Positions 1 to 12,209 of a stretch of 55,773 bases of DNA are shown in pieces; position 1 is the stretch's first letter, and each line of letters starts with the position of its first letter. This DNA comes from Octopus bimaculoides (taxonomy: Eukaryota). The stretch is taken from the NCBI RefSeq assembly GCF_001194135.2, contig NC_068988.1:43982611-44038383 (forward strand), written 5' to 3'. Made by a program: the position numbers and the translations under genes. The notes beneath the pieces were generated by a model, which did not search any database, had not been told where the DNA came from, and was given only the letters and a program-made list of their open reading frames with translations.

Positions 1-237
1 CATGAGTGTTTTTGTTTCACTTTTGACACGTAATACTTAAATAGTGGAGGAGATATTATGTTGCCGTGTGCTCGAACTCTGCAAGAAGTTAATAATTTTT
101 TTTGACTAAAACACAACTGGAACCCTAAGTAAGGCATGTGTAAAATTTGAATGAAATTGGTTGCGTAGTTCTCGAGTTTTAGGGATTCACACAGACAGAC
201 AGACAGACACACATTCTCATTTTTATATATATATATA

Positions 238-968
238 TTGGGTCATCCCATAAATAATGCGTTTTTTTTCATTTGCATAAACTAAAAGTCAGAGGGGGAC
301 AGGATAAACTACCTGCATCAACTTACTATAAAAGCAGGTAGTAATTTTACCTAGTACTTATTCTTAGTGCAAGTTTTGATGAGTGCAGTTCGATTTTAAT
401 AGTTATTTTTTTCAAAACTGTAATGGAAGTGACAAAGGAGCATATTCAGCATATTTTGTCTTTGGACTTCAATAAAGGCAACAATGCAACAGAAAGTACA
501 AGGAATATTAATGCAGTATATGAGTATCGGACAATAAGCATAAGCCAGTGTTGACAGTGGTTCCATAAATTCGAGCCGGAAACTACAGCCTAGAAGATAA
601 GCTTCATCCTGGAAGATCTGTAGAGCTTGATGAGGACATCCTGCAGAACCTGAAGAAACAAAATCTTATTATAACAGTTGAGGAACTAGCCAAGAAGCTT
701 GAATTTGGTCATTCAACCATTCAACATCTGCATGCCATCAGTAAATGACTATCTTTGGTTTCAAGATGAAAGGTGTTCTTCCATCAGGATAATGCACACC
801 CACATACAGCAAGTATGACATTCCAAAGGTTGGAGCAGTTTGAATGGGAAACGATGCCCCACCCACCATATGCACCGAACATTGCTCCATCTAATCATCA
901 TTTGTTCTGCAGTCTTCAAAATCATTTAGACGGGAAAAATGCGAATTCTGTAGAAGAGGTCAGAAGTA
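238..968 (+). mobile_element. Decayed, internally deleted mariner (Tc1/mariner, DD34D-type) DNA transposon
   Basis: Left TIR-like TTGGGTCATCCATAAATAATGCG after (TA)n. Transposase N-terminus MEVTKEHIQHILSLDFNKGNNATES from ATG 423. C-terminal block FFHQDNAHPH...HPPYAPNIAPSNHHLF is a degraded HQDNARPH/HPPYSPDLAPSDYHLF. Stops, frameshifts and a missing centre; no right TIR seen. Confidence 0.9.
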
Positions 969-1570
969 CTCATCAAATGTTACAGATCAATATACTATAC
1001 TCTCCTTCTTGTGTTAGAAATTACTATTGTAATAATAAGGGCATAGAGAAGTGTGACTAACAAACAGTTCTCAATTATGTCCCTTTTTATCCAAATTCTG
1101 CAGATATTGACTTTCACCATTCATCATCCATTCTACTACAAACAATTCAAACTCGAAGTAGATGTGGAATCTTCTGGTTCAGGGCTATAGCAAACAAACA
1201 CATGCCCAGGGTACCATGCAGTGCAACTAAAATCAAAAACACATGATTTCAAGCAAGCTTCTTAAGTATACAGCCATGCCAGAGAGCTATCTACAGCTAA
1301 ATGAATTAAGGCATTCAAAGGTTAAGTGTCTTCTTAGCTGTGTTGTTGAGATTAGAACTACTGACCTTCTTGTCAGGTCAGCCAGTACCTGAACCACTCT
1401 GTCATCTGTGATCTCACATTCTCAAGAACCAACATTTATGAAGAAACAAAAATAAAAACAAATAAACTGACAAACAGCAGCAATCTATGAAGAGTGTAAA
1501 TATAATTGTTTATAGTTTAATTATAAAATAATAATAATAATAATAATAATAGTTATTTTTATCGCATAAA

Positions 1571-1730
1571 TTACAGTATGAATTTGACAAAGAAAACAAA
1601 AATTATCATAAGAACTATGAATATTTTGATCATTAACCATCGATTTGTGGAAATGGACCGGAAGTACTTCAGTAATTCTGTGTGTGCAGCTTCAATATTC
1701 ATATCAGCGTCACCAACATTGGAATCAATC
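1571..1730 (-). CDS. STX5: Syntaxin-5 coding exon 10 (end of SNARE motif, TM anchor, stop)
   Basis: Acceptor ctttaaccag; (R)IDSNVGDADMNIEAAHTELLKYFRSISTNRWLMIKIFIVLMIIFVFFVKFIL*; 160 nt, phase 2 start. Confidence 0.96.
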
Positions 1731-2676
1731 CTGGTTAAAGAAGGAGAGAAAGAAAGAAGAAAAGAAAGAGACAATGAGTATTATTATAATTATTGTTGCT
1801 TGGTCAAATCATTACAGTCGGATAAATTGCCATGCAGTATTTGTTTCAGCGCTTTACATTCCGAGATCAAATCCCCCGGAGATCAATTTTGCCTGTTGTC
1901 CTTCCCAGGTCGATAAAATACCAGTCAAGTTCTCGGTTCAATATAATCAACTGTCCACTTCCTCTTAATTCAAGACCTTGTGCTTAACTAACAAATTATC
2001 ATTATTATTATTATTATGCCAAAGTCAACTTTGCCTTTCATTCTTTCAGGGGCGATAAATTAAGTACCAGTGAAACACTTGGGTTGATTACATCAATTAA
2101 TCCCCTAGACAGAGATGATTGGTATTAGGAAGGGCATCCAACCACCAGACACCAGAGCAGATAATGGAGAATGATACAGTCCTTGAACCTACTGCACCAT
2201 ACTAGCACGGAACATGGACATTAAATGATAATGATGATGCTGATAAGGATAAATGGTTAACAGAAACTGTAGATGGATGAAGACAATACCTTGTGGTTTA
2301 TAGTTATGCCTTTTTATGTTCTGAGTTTTAAACTCAGATGAAGCCAACTTTACCTTTCATATTTTCTCATCACCAGTAAAGTAAGGACCCATCAAGCACT
2401 ACAGATCAATATAAGTGACTATACTTTGCTTCCTATGTTAGAAATTATTATTATTATTATAAGGGCATGGCTGTAAATAAAAGCATTAGGAGTGACTAAC
2501 AAAATGATTTTAGTTATGTCCCTTTTTATTCTGAATTCATTCAAATTCTTCAGATAGTGACTTACTTTTCTTCACCCTTCCTACTACAAACAATTCAAAC
2601 TTGAAACAGAAAACAAAAGTAGAACCTGCTGATAGTCAAGCAAACAGAGGCATGTACATGAACATGTGTCGTCACA

Positions 2677-2752
<76 letters not shown>
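2677..2752. repeat. (TG)n(TA)n microsatellite; similar tracts flank most gaps; (GA)n at 22123-22158, (TACA/TATG)n at 42688-42757, poly-A at 36672-36715
   Basis: Directly visible. Confidence 0.95.
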
Positions 2753-2754
<2 letters not shown>

Positions 2755-3160
2755 CACAGGAGTGGCTGTGTGGTAAGTAGCTTTCTTATCGACCATATGG
2801 TTCCAGGTTCAGTCCCACTGTGTAGCACCTTGGGCAAGTGTCTTCTATTGTAGCTTCAGGCCGACCAAAGTCTTGTGAGTGGATTTGGTAGTTGGAAACT
2901 GAAAGAAGCCTGTCATGTGTGTATATATATGTGTGTGTGTGTATGTGTGAGTGTGTATGTGTGTGTGTCCCCACAACATCACTTGACAACCGATACTGGT
3001 GTGTTTATGTTCCTGTAACTTAGTGGTTTGGTAAATGAGACCAATGGAATAAGTACTAGTCTTACAAAGAATAAGTCCTGAGGTCGATTTGCTCGACTAA
3101 AGGCAGTGCTTCAGCATGGCCACAGTCAAAATGACTGAAACAAGTAAAAGAATAAAAGAA
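2753..3160 (+). mobile_element. tRNA-headed SINE, family A (full length)
   Basis: Head GGAGTGGCTGTGTGGTAAG...GGTTCAGTCCC (Pol III A/B-box-like), central (TA/TG)n, tail ...CAGCATGGCCACAGTCAAAATGACTGAAACAAGTAAAAG; about 10 related copies in the window. Confidence 0.85.
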
Positions 3161-3174
3161 TATATCTCTATATA

Positions 3175-3390
3175 TATGCCAATGACATGTAAAAAGCACC
3201 TGTGCTGGTGGCACATAAAATCCCAGCACACTTTATGGAGTGGTTGGCATTAGGAAGGGCATCCGGCTGTAGAAACCAAGCCAAAACAGGCTAGAGCCTG
3301 GTGCAGCTCTCCAGCTTACCAGTTCCTGTCAAACCATCTAAACCCATGCCAGCATGGAAAATAGACACGAAATGATGATGGTGATGATAT
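3175..3390 (+). mobile_element. RTE-like tail family, older subfamily (related copies: 2107-2245 +, 5583-5800 -, 7640-7900 +, 22885-23050 -)
   Basis: Shared TAAAAGCACC...GTGGTTGGCATTAGGAAGGGCATCC...AACCCATGCCAGCATGGAAAA...ATGATG. Confidence 0.72.
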
Positions 3391-3635
3391 TTATTTATAT
3401 ATATTATCCAAATCCATTTCACATAGGTAATAGTATGGTCTCAATGTATGACCATGTGCTTAGAAGACCAGCATTTTAACCTCACAGTCTTTACACTCTT
3501 TTACTTATTTCAGTTATTTGACTGCGGCCATGCTGGAGCACCACCTTTATGTCTCCCATTACATAAGAAATATATATTTTCTTCCCAAAGGAAGTTCAAA
3601 AGAAGACCTGTAATTGTGTCTCAGTAAATACCAAC

Positions 3636-3757
3636 CTGTGTACCAGTTCTTCTTGCTCTTTGACCATTGTGGCAAGACGTTGGAAAACCGTACCCAGTTC
3701 AACAATTGTGGTATTGATGTTCTGCACGGACTGCTCTCGTTCCTCCAGAAATGCATC
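3636..3757 (-). CDS. STX5: Syntaxin-5 coding exon 9 (Qa-SNARE motif)
   Basis: Acceptor tttgtttaattag, donor gttggt; DAFLEEREQSVQNINTTIVELGTVFQRLATMVKEQEELVH(R); 122 nt; zero-layer Q in KEQ. Confidence 0.96.
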
Positions 3758-3947
3758 CTAATTAAACAAAGAAAAATCCAAGAATGTTGATCAAGAGTGC
3801 AGCGCTTGAAATCTTCTGAAAGAAAAGTCTAAATTTTGCATTAAAAAATGCATTTTTGTTCATTGCATTCTATTATATTTATTCTTTCAAAAATATAAAG
3901 TCAAAAAATGTCAGTTTGCATTTATATATTTTACTGTAATATTTATA

Positions 3948-4334
3948 GGTGCAGGCATAGCTGTGTGGTATGAACCTTGCTTTCCAACCACTTGGTTCTG
4001 AGTTCAGTTCCACTATGTAGTATCTCAGGAAAGTGTCTTCTACTATAGCCTCAGGTCAAGCAAAGCCTTGTGAGTGGATTTGGTAGACAGAAACTGAAAG
4101 AAGCTTGTCATATATATTTATGTGTGTGTGTTTGTCCCCTACCACTGAGTGACAACTGGCGTTGATGTGTTTGCATCCCCATAACTTAGCAGTTCAACAA
4201 AAGTAACCGATACAATGAGTACCAGGCTTAAAAAAAGATAAGTACTGAGATCAATTCATTCAACTAAAAATTCTTCATGGCAATGCTCCAACATGGCCAC
4301 AGTCCAATGATGAAATCAAGTAAGAAAGAAAAGA
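3948..4334 (+). mobile_element. SINE family A, older copy
   Basis: Same head, centre and tail organisation, more diverged. Confidence 0.8.
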
Positions 4335-4734
4335 CACACATCTTCACAATAAATGTACTTGGTGTTTATTTAATAAAATTTTCGTTAGTGCAACCATATT
4401 AGATTAAATTTAATTCAATGTGACCTCCAAATATTATTAAAAGATTCCTAAACGGTTGCCTGTTCTATGAGTAAGGGAATCAAGCAATAGTAGACATACC
4501 ATGCATAGAAAGGAGAAGTGATGGTAGTGGTTAGAATGCATTTGATGGCAGATCTGCTGAATCAGAGTTAATCTGGGATTAAACAAAAACAGCAACAAAC
4601 AGTTGAGCTGTTAATGTCTAAATTGATACAACTATTTGAGCTTTACATAAAAAACAGAACCAGTGTAATCTCAGTATGTTACTTGATGTTAAACAACCAA
4701 GATAAGATCACAAGTTGAAGAAGAATGTACTTAC

Positions 4735-4835
4735 ACGTTGTTCAACTAAATGAGTTTGGTCCTGCCTCCTCTGAGCATCATTAGAGTCCATGTTAATTAC
4801 TAGATCACCTTGTTGTTCTTCCATCATTAAGGAAT
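4735..4835 (-). CDS. STX5: Syntaxin-5 coding exon 8 (linker)
   Basis: Acceptor ttttgtgcag, donor gtaagt; (N)SLMMEEQQGDLVINMDSNDAQRRQDQTHLVEQR; 101 nt; LVINM corresponds to the VAIDM linker motif. Confidence 0.88.
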
Positions 4836-6149
4836 CTGCACAAAATATCAAAGATGGATGAAATTTTAATATAAACAAACAAGAATTTGCTTAATGTTTG
4901 TATATGTGTGTATTAATGTATAAACATGTCTGGAATATCGGAATCATAATGGTGTTAGACATAATGTCTAAGAGTGATTATTTCTGGCCTTGAACATTCT
5001 GAATTCAAATCTCACTGAGGTTAGTTTTGCTTTCATCCTTTCAGTGTTGATAAGAAACAATGCTAATCAAATACTGGGGGTGATTTAATCAGCTAACACT
5101 GGTGTCTTCTGGGATTTTTTTAGTATTTAGAATATGGCTGAGAATCCACAACAAATCTTCTTAGTGCTACTTGTGCTTTAAGGGCATCTAAGGATGATGT
5201 AAACCCTAAACAGCTGCAGTACTCCCGTAAGGATGACTGAGTCCAGCTATTATTAGCTTTGAAACACTAATAGTACAATAGTACAATTATCACACAAAAC
5301 CCATAATTCTTTCTTATTGTGATACTCAACTGTACTTTATTTTGTCAACCCCCTAGAAAAATGAAAGGCACAGCTGACCTCAGCAGTATTTGAACTCAGA
5401 TTGTAAAAAGCCAGAAGAAATGCCACTAATTATCTTGTCCAATAGACTAACAATTCTGTCAGTTTACCACTTACAAATCATTACTTAACCCTTTAGCATT
5501 TCAACTGGTCATATTTGGCCAAAATATTCTGCCTGTTTTACGTTTAAGCCATCAAGACCTGATCTCTCACTCTTATTCTACAATGTCACTATCATCATCC
5601 TTTTACATCCCTTTTCCATTTTGGCATGAATAAACGGTTTGACCAGAGCTGCACCAGGCTCCAGTCTGATTTGGCTTGGTTCTATGGCTGGATGTATTTC
5701 TTAATGCCAACCACTTTGCAGCATGTGTTGGGTGCTTTTAACTTGGCACTACACTAGCACCTTTAAGCGGCACCCACATGAGTGCTTTTTACATGGCACT
5801 AGTACACAATTCTTGCATACCAATCCTCTTCATCAGTGGGGAGTAGCCTTAACATTTCTGCTGTGAAGGACAGGTCTTCTTGAGTACAGCAAAGCACCAG
5901 GTATCAAATAAGCATTATATTTGACAGAGTTACCTGAATGCTAAATGGTTAATAATTGTGATAATGCACAATGCAAGTCAACAGAAGAGTACTCATGTAT
6001 GTGTATTGTATGTTAAGTAAGAGCCATAATGCATTGGTCCTAGGAGCACTACAGTTGTCGCTGTAGTAATATATCAATGGAAAGTCAACCTGCCACATTC
6101 CATTTCTCATCAAGAAATACCTATGGCAAGATTTGAAACCCATAAACAA

Positions 6150-6680
6150 ATGCAACTTAAACACATGGCCATATCTTACCTAAACGAATGACAATATCCA
6201 ACTTAAACACAGCCATATCTAACTTAAAACACATGGTCATATTTAAGTCAGACACCTGGCTAATTTAAGTGAAACATAACCATATCTACCTCAATCACAT
6301 AGTTATTTCAAATACATAACCATATCTACCTTAAAACATCATCACCATCATCGTTTAACGTCCGCTTTCCATGCTAGCATGGGTTGGACGATTTGACTGA
6401 GGACTGGTGAAACCAGATGGCAACACCAGGCTCCAATCTGATTTGGCAGAGTTTCTACAGCTGGATGCCCTTCCTAACACCAACCACTCAGAGAGTGTAG
6501 TGGGTGCTTTTACGCGTCACCCGCACGAAGGCCAGTCAGGCGGTACTGGCAACGTCCACGCTCAAAATGGTGTATTTTATGTGCCACCCGCACAAAAGCC
6601 AGTCCAGGGGCACTCCAGGGGGCTATATCTACCATAATCACATGTCCATATCTACCTTAACTGCATAGCTCTATCTAATG
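6150..6680. repeat. Degenerate minisatellite (about 25 bp, ACATGGCCATATCTACCTTAA-like) split by a retroposon insertion
   Basis: About 7 units before 6335 and 2-3 units after 6622. Confidence 0.6.
6337..6622 (-). mobile_element. Short retroposon / RTE-like 3' tail family with (ATG)n end, young copy
   Basis: Reverse complement of ...CCAACCCATGCTAGCATGGAAAGCGGACGTTAAACGATGATG; about 98% identical to 12915-13092. Confidence 0.8.
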
Positions 6681-6705
6681 TTCTACAAACAACAAAGTGA
6701 CTTAC

Positions 6706-6763
6706 TGTTGGTCCTCGTTGGCATTGTCATTGATTCAGTGTGTTGTTTTTCCTGTTGTAATTT
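6706..6763 (-). CDS. STX5: Syntaxin-5 coding exon 7 (end of Hc/linker)
   Basis: Acceptor ttttgcttcaag, donor gtaagt; KLQQEKQHTESMTMPTRTN+A; 58 nt; the only candidate found that bridges phase 0 (exon 6) to phase 1 (exon 8). Confidence 0.78.
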
Positions 6764-8187
6764 CTTGAAGCAAAAATAAACACAGCATTAATCAATTTTT
6801 TTTAAACACAATAAAATTAATATAATAAAAAAACTCAACTAACAAAGAAAAGATTAGGATCAAACATCAAAAATCAATTTTATTACAAAGAAATCATCAT
6901 AAAGGACTAGCCAAACATTGGGGTTGATGTAATTGACTCGTCCCATCACTTCAAAATTTCTAGCTTTGTGTCAAAAATTAGAAAGAATTACTAATACTAT
7001 TCCCACTTCACTTCTCAGAACTCCGTTTTACTTTCTCTGATTAATTCTGTAAGAGTGGACAGCAACCTATTGTCAAAGTCTCACAGGGTTTCTTTCCAAG
7101 ATACTTAACACCCAAGTACCAATCTGAGTATTATTATTATGATGTAATTAACTAGTCCCTTCCCCCAAAACTTCAAGCCTTGTGCCTATAATAGAAAGGA
7201 TTATTATCATTATAATTATTATTATTATCATCATCATCATCATTAACATCATCATCATCATTAAGGCAGCAAGCTGGTAGAATTGTTAGCTAACAACTCT
7301 GGCTAACAGACAAAATACTTAGCAGCATTTCTTCTAGCTTTATGTTCCTAATTCAAGTTCTGCAAAGGTTGACTTTGCTTTTCATTGATAGAATAAGTAC
7401 CAGTTGAATACTGGTGTCAATGTAATAGAACAAGTGCCCCTCTTTCAATATTTCAGGGCTTGTGACTATGGTAGAAAAAAATAATTAATCAACCTAGTGT
7501 ATATTGTAGAATTTTGTTTTATTTTATAAACCACAGAAATGAAGAACCAACTCTGAGAAGAGTTGAAATCAAAGCAGCAAGGCACGAAACCAGTGAGTTT
7601 TCCTCAATATAGTAATCCCTGTTATTCTCCCAGAAGATTGGTATACAAGAGCCCTGTGCTGGTACCATGTAAAAGCACCCATGCCAGTGCCACATAAAAG
7701 CAGCTGTGCTGGTGTCACATAAAAAGCACTCTGTCCAGCACACTCTGGAAAGTGGTTGGCAATAGGAAGGGCATCCAATCATAGAATCCAAGCCAAATCA
7801 AACTGGAACCTGGTGCAGCTTTCCTGCTTGCAAGCTCTGGTCAAACCGTCCAACCCATGCCAGCAAGGAAAACGGGTATGGATGATAATGATGATGATGA
7901 CAATTGACATAAATGTAATTTGTATATGAATAAGAAATCTGAGGTTAGTAGAGTCAGTTGTGCTATCTGTAGTGGGATGTGAACTCACAATGCAGACATG
8001 AAGACACAGGTACCTTACCTACTAAGCCATAGCATAGTTTGCACAGCTCCAATAAATAATTTCTTCATTAAGTCTGCAAACCAAGAGGCATGAATGTATG
8101 TGTGTAGGAAGAGGGAATAAATGAATATCCATGGTGTTCAAAAATATACAAAATGAACAAAAATATTTAACAAACATCAACACTTAC

Positions 8188-8244
8188 ACTTGTGTGGTCT
8201 TCCAAAACCTCCTTGAAGGTATTAGACATTGTTGCTAATCTTGA
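8188..8244 (-). CDS. STX5: Syntaxin-5 coding exon 6 (Hc helix)
   Basis: Acceptor ctaattgcag, donor gtaagt; SRLATMSNTFKEVLEDHTS; 57 nt. Confidence 0.93.
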
Positions 8245-8959
8245 CTGCAATTAGAAAGAGAAAAATACATAACTGGTTGCATAAGATACTGAACCATGCA
8301 AAATTTTGCTGTTAACTAACATTGCATTAAAGGACTGTAACAGTGCTAATTTGGTTTATGGCCAATGTAAGTTTGCTAATTTGGTTTACAGCTACAAAGA
8401 CAGCATAAAGTTGCTAACATAGCTTATAGTCATGGAAAATATGCAAAATTGCTGAATGAGACTATATTACTGCAGGGACAGAAACCAGAGAAATTATGCA
8501 TAGTTGCTAACATTGCAGTGAGATAGACTCAGTAGAAAATCTAGCCAGCCCTACAACTCAAAAAGCAGTAAGTAGTAGCTAACTAACAATGCAAATGCAA
8601 TATTACTAGCATAGAGTGAGCTAGCATAATTGTTAGCAACATTTCATTCATATTTGAATTCCATTGAGGTTTTGCCTTTCATCCTTTTGGGGGTTGATAA
8701 AATAAGTACCAGTTGAGCACTGGGTTCAATGTATTTGACTTACCCACTTCCACAAAATTTCAGACCTTGTGCCTATAGTAGAAAGGAATATTACTAGAAT
8801 AGATGTGCATGATTTCAAACAAAGCATCAGATGTACAGAAAATGGTTTGGTAGTTTCTGGGACATAGTAAACATAAACAAGAGTACTCAGAGAACGCAAA
8901 CCTATGCCAAGGCAACATCAAAGTCCTCTCAACGATTAGCCAGAGATGATTTTTAAAAT

Positions 8960-9248
8960 GAGAATATCTGAAATAAATTCGACTGCTCTCACAAATGAGG
9001 ATACTGAAAATGAACCCAACCGCTCTCAAAAATTAAGTTAAAAAAACTGGAAAAATAATCCAGAATCCTTGTCTCATACTGAATTGATCCCAAAATCTAA
9101 TCAGTTCGTGCCAGTCACGAGGCCAAACATCCCTGAAAGTTTCATCCAAATCCATCCAGCAGTTCTTGAGATATCTTGTCTACGGACAAACAAACAAACA
9201 AACACAACTGAAAACAATAACTCCACCTTGGCTAAGGCGGAGGTAACT
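8960..9248 (+). mobile_element. Helentron-associated (HINE/DINE-1-like) non-autonomous element, 3' part
   Basis: AAAGTTTCATCCAAATCCATCC...GAGATATCTTG...(ACAA)n...GAAAACAATAACTCCACCTTGGCTAAGGCGGAGGTAA: microsatellite plus terminal GGCGGAGGT with short inverted repeat, typical of that class. Confidence 0.55.
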
Positions 9249-9414
9249 AAGTAACAATGTAGAGTTGCTAACATAGATTGCAATTGGAATGCTAATGCAA
9301 TGTTGCTAAACACCTTTCTATTACACACCACTTCAATAACTCATCTACAAGAACTGAAACTGAATGATCAATATCAGCAAGTTTATAGAGTAGTGATGGT
9401 CTTCTAAAGATGAG

Positions 9415-9950
9415 TATAAAGGTGGTGGTGGTGGTGGTGGTGACGATAATGATGGTGGTGTGATGGTGGTGGTGGTGGTGGTGGTTGTGTTGTTTAGTCT
9501 CAGATCAGCCATAAAAGAGCAAACATTTGAGCAATGGCAATCGAAACTTGACCATCCCATGTTTTTTTCATATCAGGGACTACATTATTCAATATAGCCT
9601 CTGCATCCTTCTTAATTTAAGATGGTAGAGTGAGAGGAAGATTTAAGCTGCTATTTCTAGGAGGCCAATCAACTGCATAAATGCCTCTTCGCCAGTTCAG
9701 GGATGGTGAAAGTAGTGGCAGCAGAAACAATGAAGATGACTATATTAGAATATGATGGTAGTAATGGTGGTGATGACAATGATGGTGATGATGCAGTAAT
9801 GATGGTAAAGATGAAGGTACTAATTGTAAAGATGGTTGTAGAAATAAAAGTGAAAAATAGTGGAGATTGTTTATGGTGTTGTTGAAGATGCTGGTGACAC
9901 TGGTGTAAGATGGAGATGGTAGCGGTGTATGAAAGATGGTAGTAACATAA
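9415..9950. repeat. (GGT)n/(GAT)n low-complexity tracts
   Basis: Trinucleotide runs at 9415-9490 and 9700-9950; these explain the spurious His/Thr/Met-rich ORFs there. Confidence 0.8.
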
Positions 9951-9965
9951 GAAAGCTGTACCCAC

Positions 9966-10043
9966 CTGAAGTGCAACAACTACTGAATTGGAATGACTCC
10001 TGCGTTGTGGTTTCCCGAGATGGGTATGTGGCATCTTGGCAAC
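9966..10043 (-). CDS. STX5: Syntaxin-5 coding exon 5
   Basis: Acceptor tgtttccag, donor gtgggt; VAKMPHTHLGKPQRRSHSNSVVVALQ; 78 nt. Confidence 0.93.
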
Positions 10044-10182
10044 CTGGAAACAGTCATCAACAGATCGTATCATTTTAGTTTGTGACCAACTTCTACAACT
10101 TATATACATATTCTCTAACACCAACTTCTACAACTTATATTCTCAAAAACCAAATTACTGCCATCAAATATAAATGATATAA

Positions 10183-10432
10183 GCAACTTTAGTAACCAGC
10201 TCACGCAAGCCATATCAACACAAGCAACTTCACCAAACAACTACAACAAGCCATGTCAGTACAAGCAACTTCAGCAATGAGTTTTCACAAACCATGTTAA
10301 TACAAGCAACTTCGACAACTAACAATCAAAAGCTGTGCCAACACAAAGCAACTTCAGCGAGCAACAACCACAAATCCTATCAACACAAGCAACTCCAGCA
10401 ACCAGCTACCACAAGCCATATTAACACAAGCA
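10183..10432. repeat. Degenerate minisatellite, about 41 bp (ACAAGCAACTTCAGCAACCAGCTACCACAAGCCATATCAAC)
   Basis: About 6 units, anchor AGCAACTTC recurring at regular spacing. Confidence 0.7.
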
Positions 10433-10811
10433 TCAGCTGAGTCCACCCTGACAGGGAAATGATGGAACTGAAGCTAGAGTTGTGTTGTCACAGTTCAAGT
10501 GTGACATAGTGTAACACTCATCAATTTTACAATGCTACTCCCGCTTACAGCAGTGAGTTATCTGCAAGTTCTGAATACCTACTTATTGCTGCATAGTTTG
10601 CAAGATGGACACAGTGCAGTGACATATGAGTGACTAGACATAAGTGACATCACAATATTGTATTGGTTAGGCTACTTGTGATACTTGCAAATATCTATTA
10701 TAAATAAATACATTCAGTCTCCCGCAAGAAACTTTCTCATCAAACTTTCATCACAACTAACTCCAGAGATGAACTCCTTCAGTCCAAATCTTCAAACAAT
10801 CCCTAGTCTTA

Positions 10812-11216
10812 TCGTCACCATCATCATTTTAACATCCACTTTCCCATGTCTGCATGGGTCAGATGGAGTTTTATTGAGGCAAATTTTCTCCAGCCAGATA
10901 CCCTTCCTGTCGCCAACACTCGCGTTTCCAAGCAAGGTAATATTTCCTTGTGGCCAAAACATGCTAACACAAAATTTTGGAAATCAATGAGACAGTTTGT
11001 ATGACAATAACACTCATTTACAACTATGTCACAATATCAATACAAAGACACACACACACACGACAGTTTTCTTTCAGTTTCCATCCACCAAGTCCGTTTA
11101 CAAAGCTTTGGTTGGATCGAGATTATAATAGAAGACACTTCTTCAAGAGGTCATGCAGTGAGACTTGAACCTGTAACCATGAAGTTAAGAAAGCAAATTC
11201 CTCAACCACACAGCCT
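10812..11216 (-). mobile_element. Composite SINE: SINE-A head plus RTE-like (ATG)n tail (related copies 20935-21322 -, 21650-22435 +)
   Basis: SINE-A-type head and (CA)n followed by a different body ending in ACCCATGCAGACATGGGAAAGTGGATGTTAAAATGATG. Confidence 0.65.
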
Positions 11217-11224
11217 TCAAACAA

Positions 11225-11337
11225 GACGCAGGAGTGGCTGTGTGATAAGTAGCTTGCTTACCAACCATATTGTTCTGGGTTCAGGCCAACCAAACCCTTG
11301 TGAGTGAATTTGGTAGACGGAAACTGAAAGAAGCTCG

Positions 11338-11378
<41 letters not shown>

Positions 11379-11811
11379 NNNNNNNNNNNNNNNNNNNNNN
11401 NNNNNNNNNNNNNNNNNNNNNNNNNNNNNNNNNNNNNNNNNNNNNNNNNNNNNNNNNNNNNNNNNNNNNNNNNNNNNNNNNNNNNNNNNNNNNNNNNNNN
11501 NNNNNNNNNNNNNNNNNNNNNNNNNNNNNNNNNNNNNNNNNNNNNNNNNNNNNNNNNNNNNNNNNNNNNNNNNNNNNNNNNNNNNNNNNNNNNNNNNNNN
11601 NNNNNNNNNNNNNNNNNNNNNNNNNNNNNNNNNNNNNNNNNNNNNNNNNNNNNNNNNNNNNNNNNNNNNNNNNNNNNNNNNNNNNNNNNNNNNNNNNNNN
11701 NNNNNNNNNNNNNNNNNNNNNNNNNNNNNNNNNNNNNNNNNNNNNNNNNNNNNNNNNNNNNNNNNNNNNNNNNNNNNNNNNNNNNNNNNNNNNNNNNNNN
11801 NNNNNNNNNNN

Positions 11812-11844
<33 letters not shown>

Positions 11845-12050
11845 ATATATATGTAAGTGTGTGTATATGTTTGTGTGTCTGTGTTTGTCCCCACCAACAT
11901 CACTTGACAACCAATGCTGGTGTGTTTACATGCCTGTAACTTAGCAGTTCGGCAAAAAAGAATAAGTCTTGGAGTCGATTTGCTTGACTAAGAGTAGCGC
12001 CCCAGCATGGCCGCAGTCAAATGACTGAAACAAGTAAAAGAACAAAAGGA
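11225..12050 (+). mobile_element. SINE family A copy spanning an assembly gap
   Basis: Head at 11225, (TA)n running into the N-gap, tail resumes after 11811. Confidence 0.8.
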
Positions 12051-12096
12051 TAACGAATATAAAAAGTAAGGCTACTTGACCAAATCTAAAACTGAC

Positions 12097-12209
12097 CTCT
12101 TGAAGTGCAGCTATCTGTTTGTTTAGACTTGTTATGTCTTGTTTGATGATAAAAATCAGTTCTTCAATGTCCCCTTGTTTGTTATCAAACATTGAACTTC
12201 TTTTAACCA
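12097..12209 (-). CDS. STX5: Syntaxin-5 coding exon 4 (Hb helix)
   Basis: Acceptor ttttttaacag, donor gtcagt; (L)VKRSSMFDNKQGDIEELIFIIKQDITSLNKQIAALQE; 113 nt. Confidence 0.96.

Noticed and set aside
773-1060. Mariner ORF as an active or domesticated (SETMAR-like) transposase
   Set aside because: Internal deletion, frameshifts, catalytic Asp positions changed to Asn (PNIAPSN), no SET domain.
1578-1968. Plus-strand ORFs overlapping the last STX5 exon
   Set aside because: Antisense shadows of the real exon running into a SINE.
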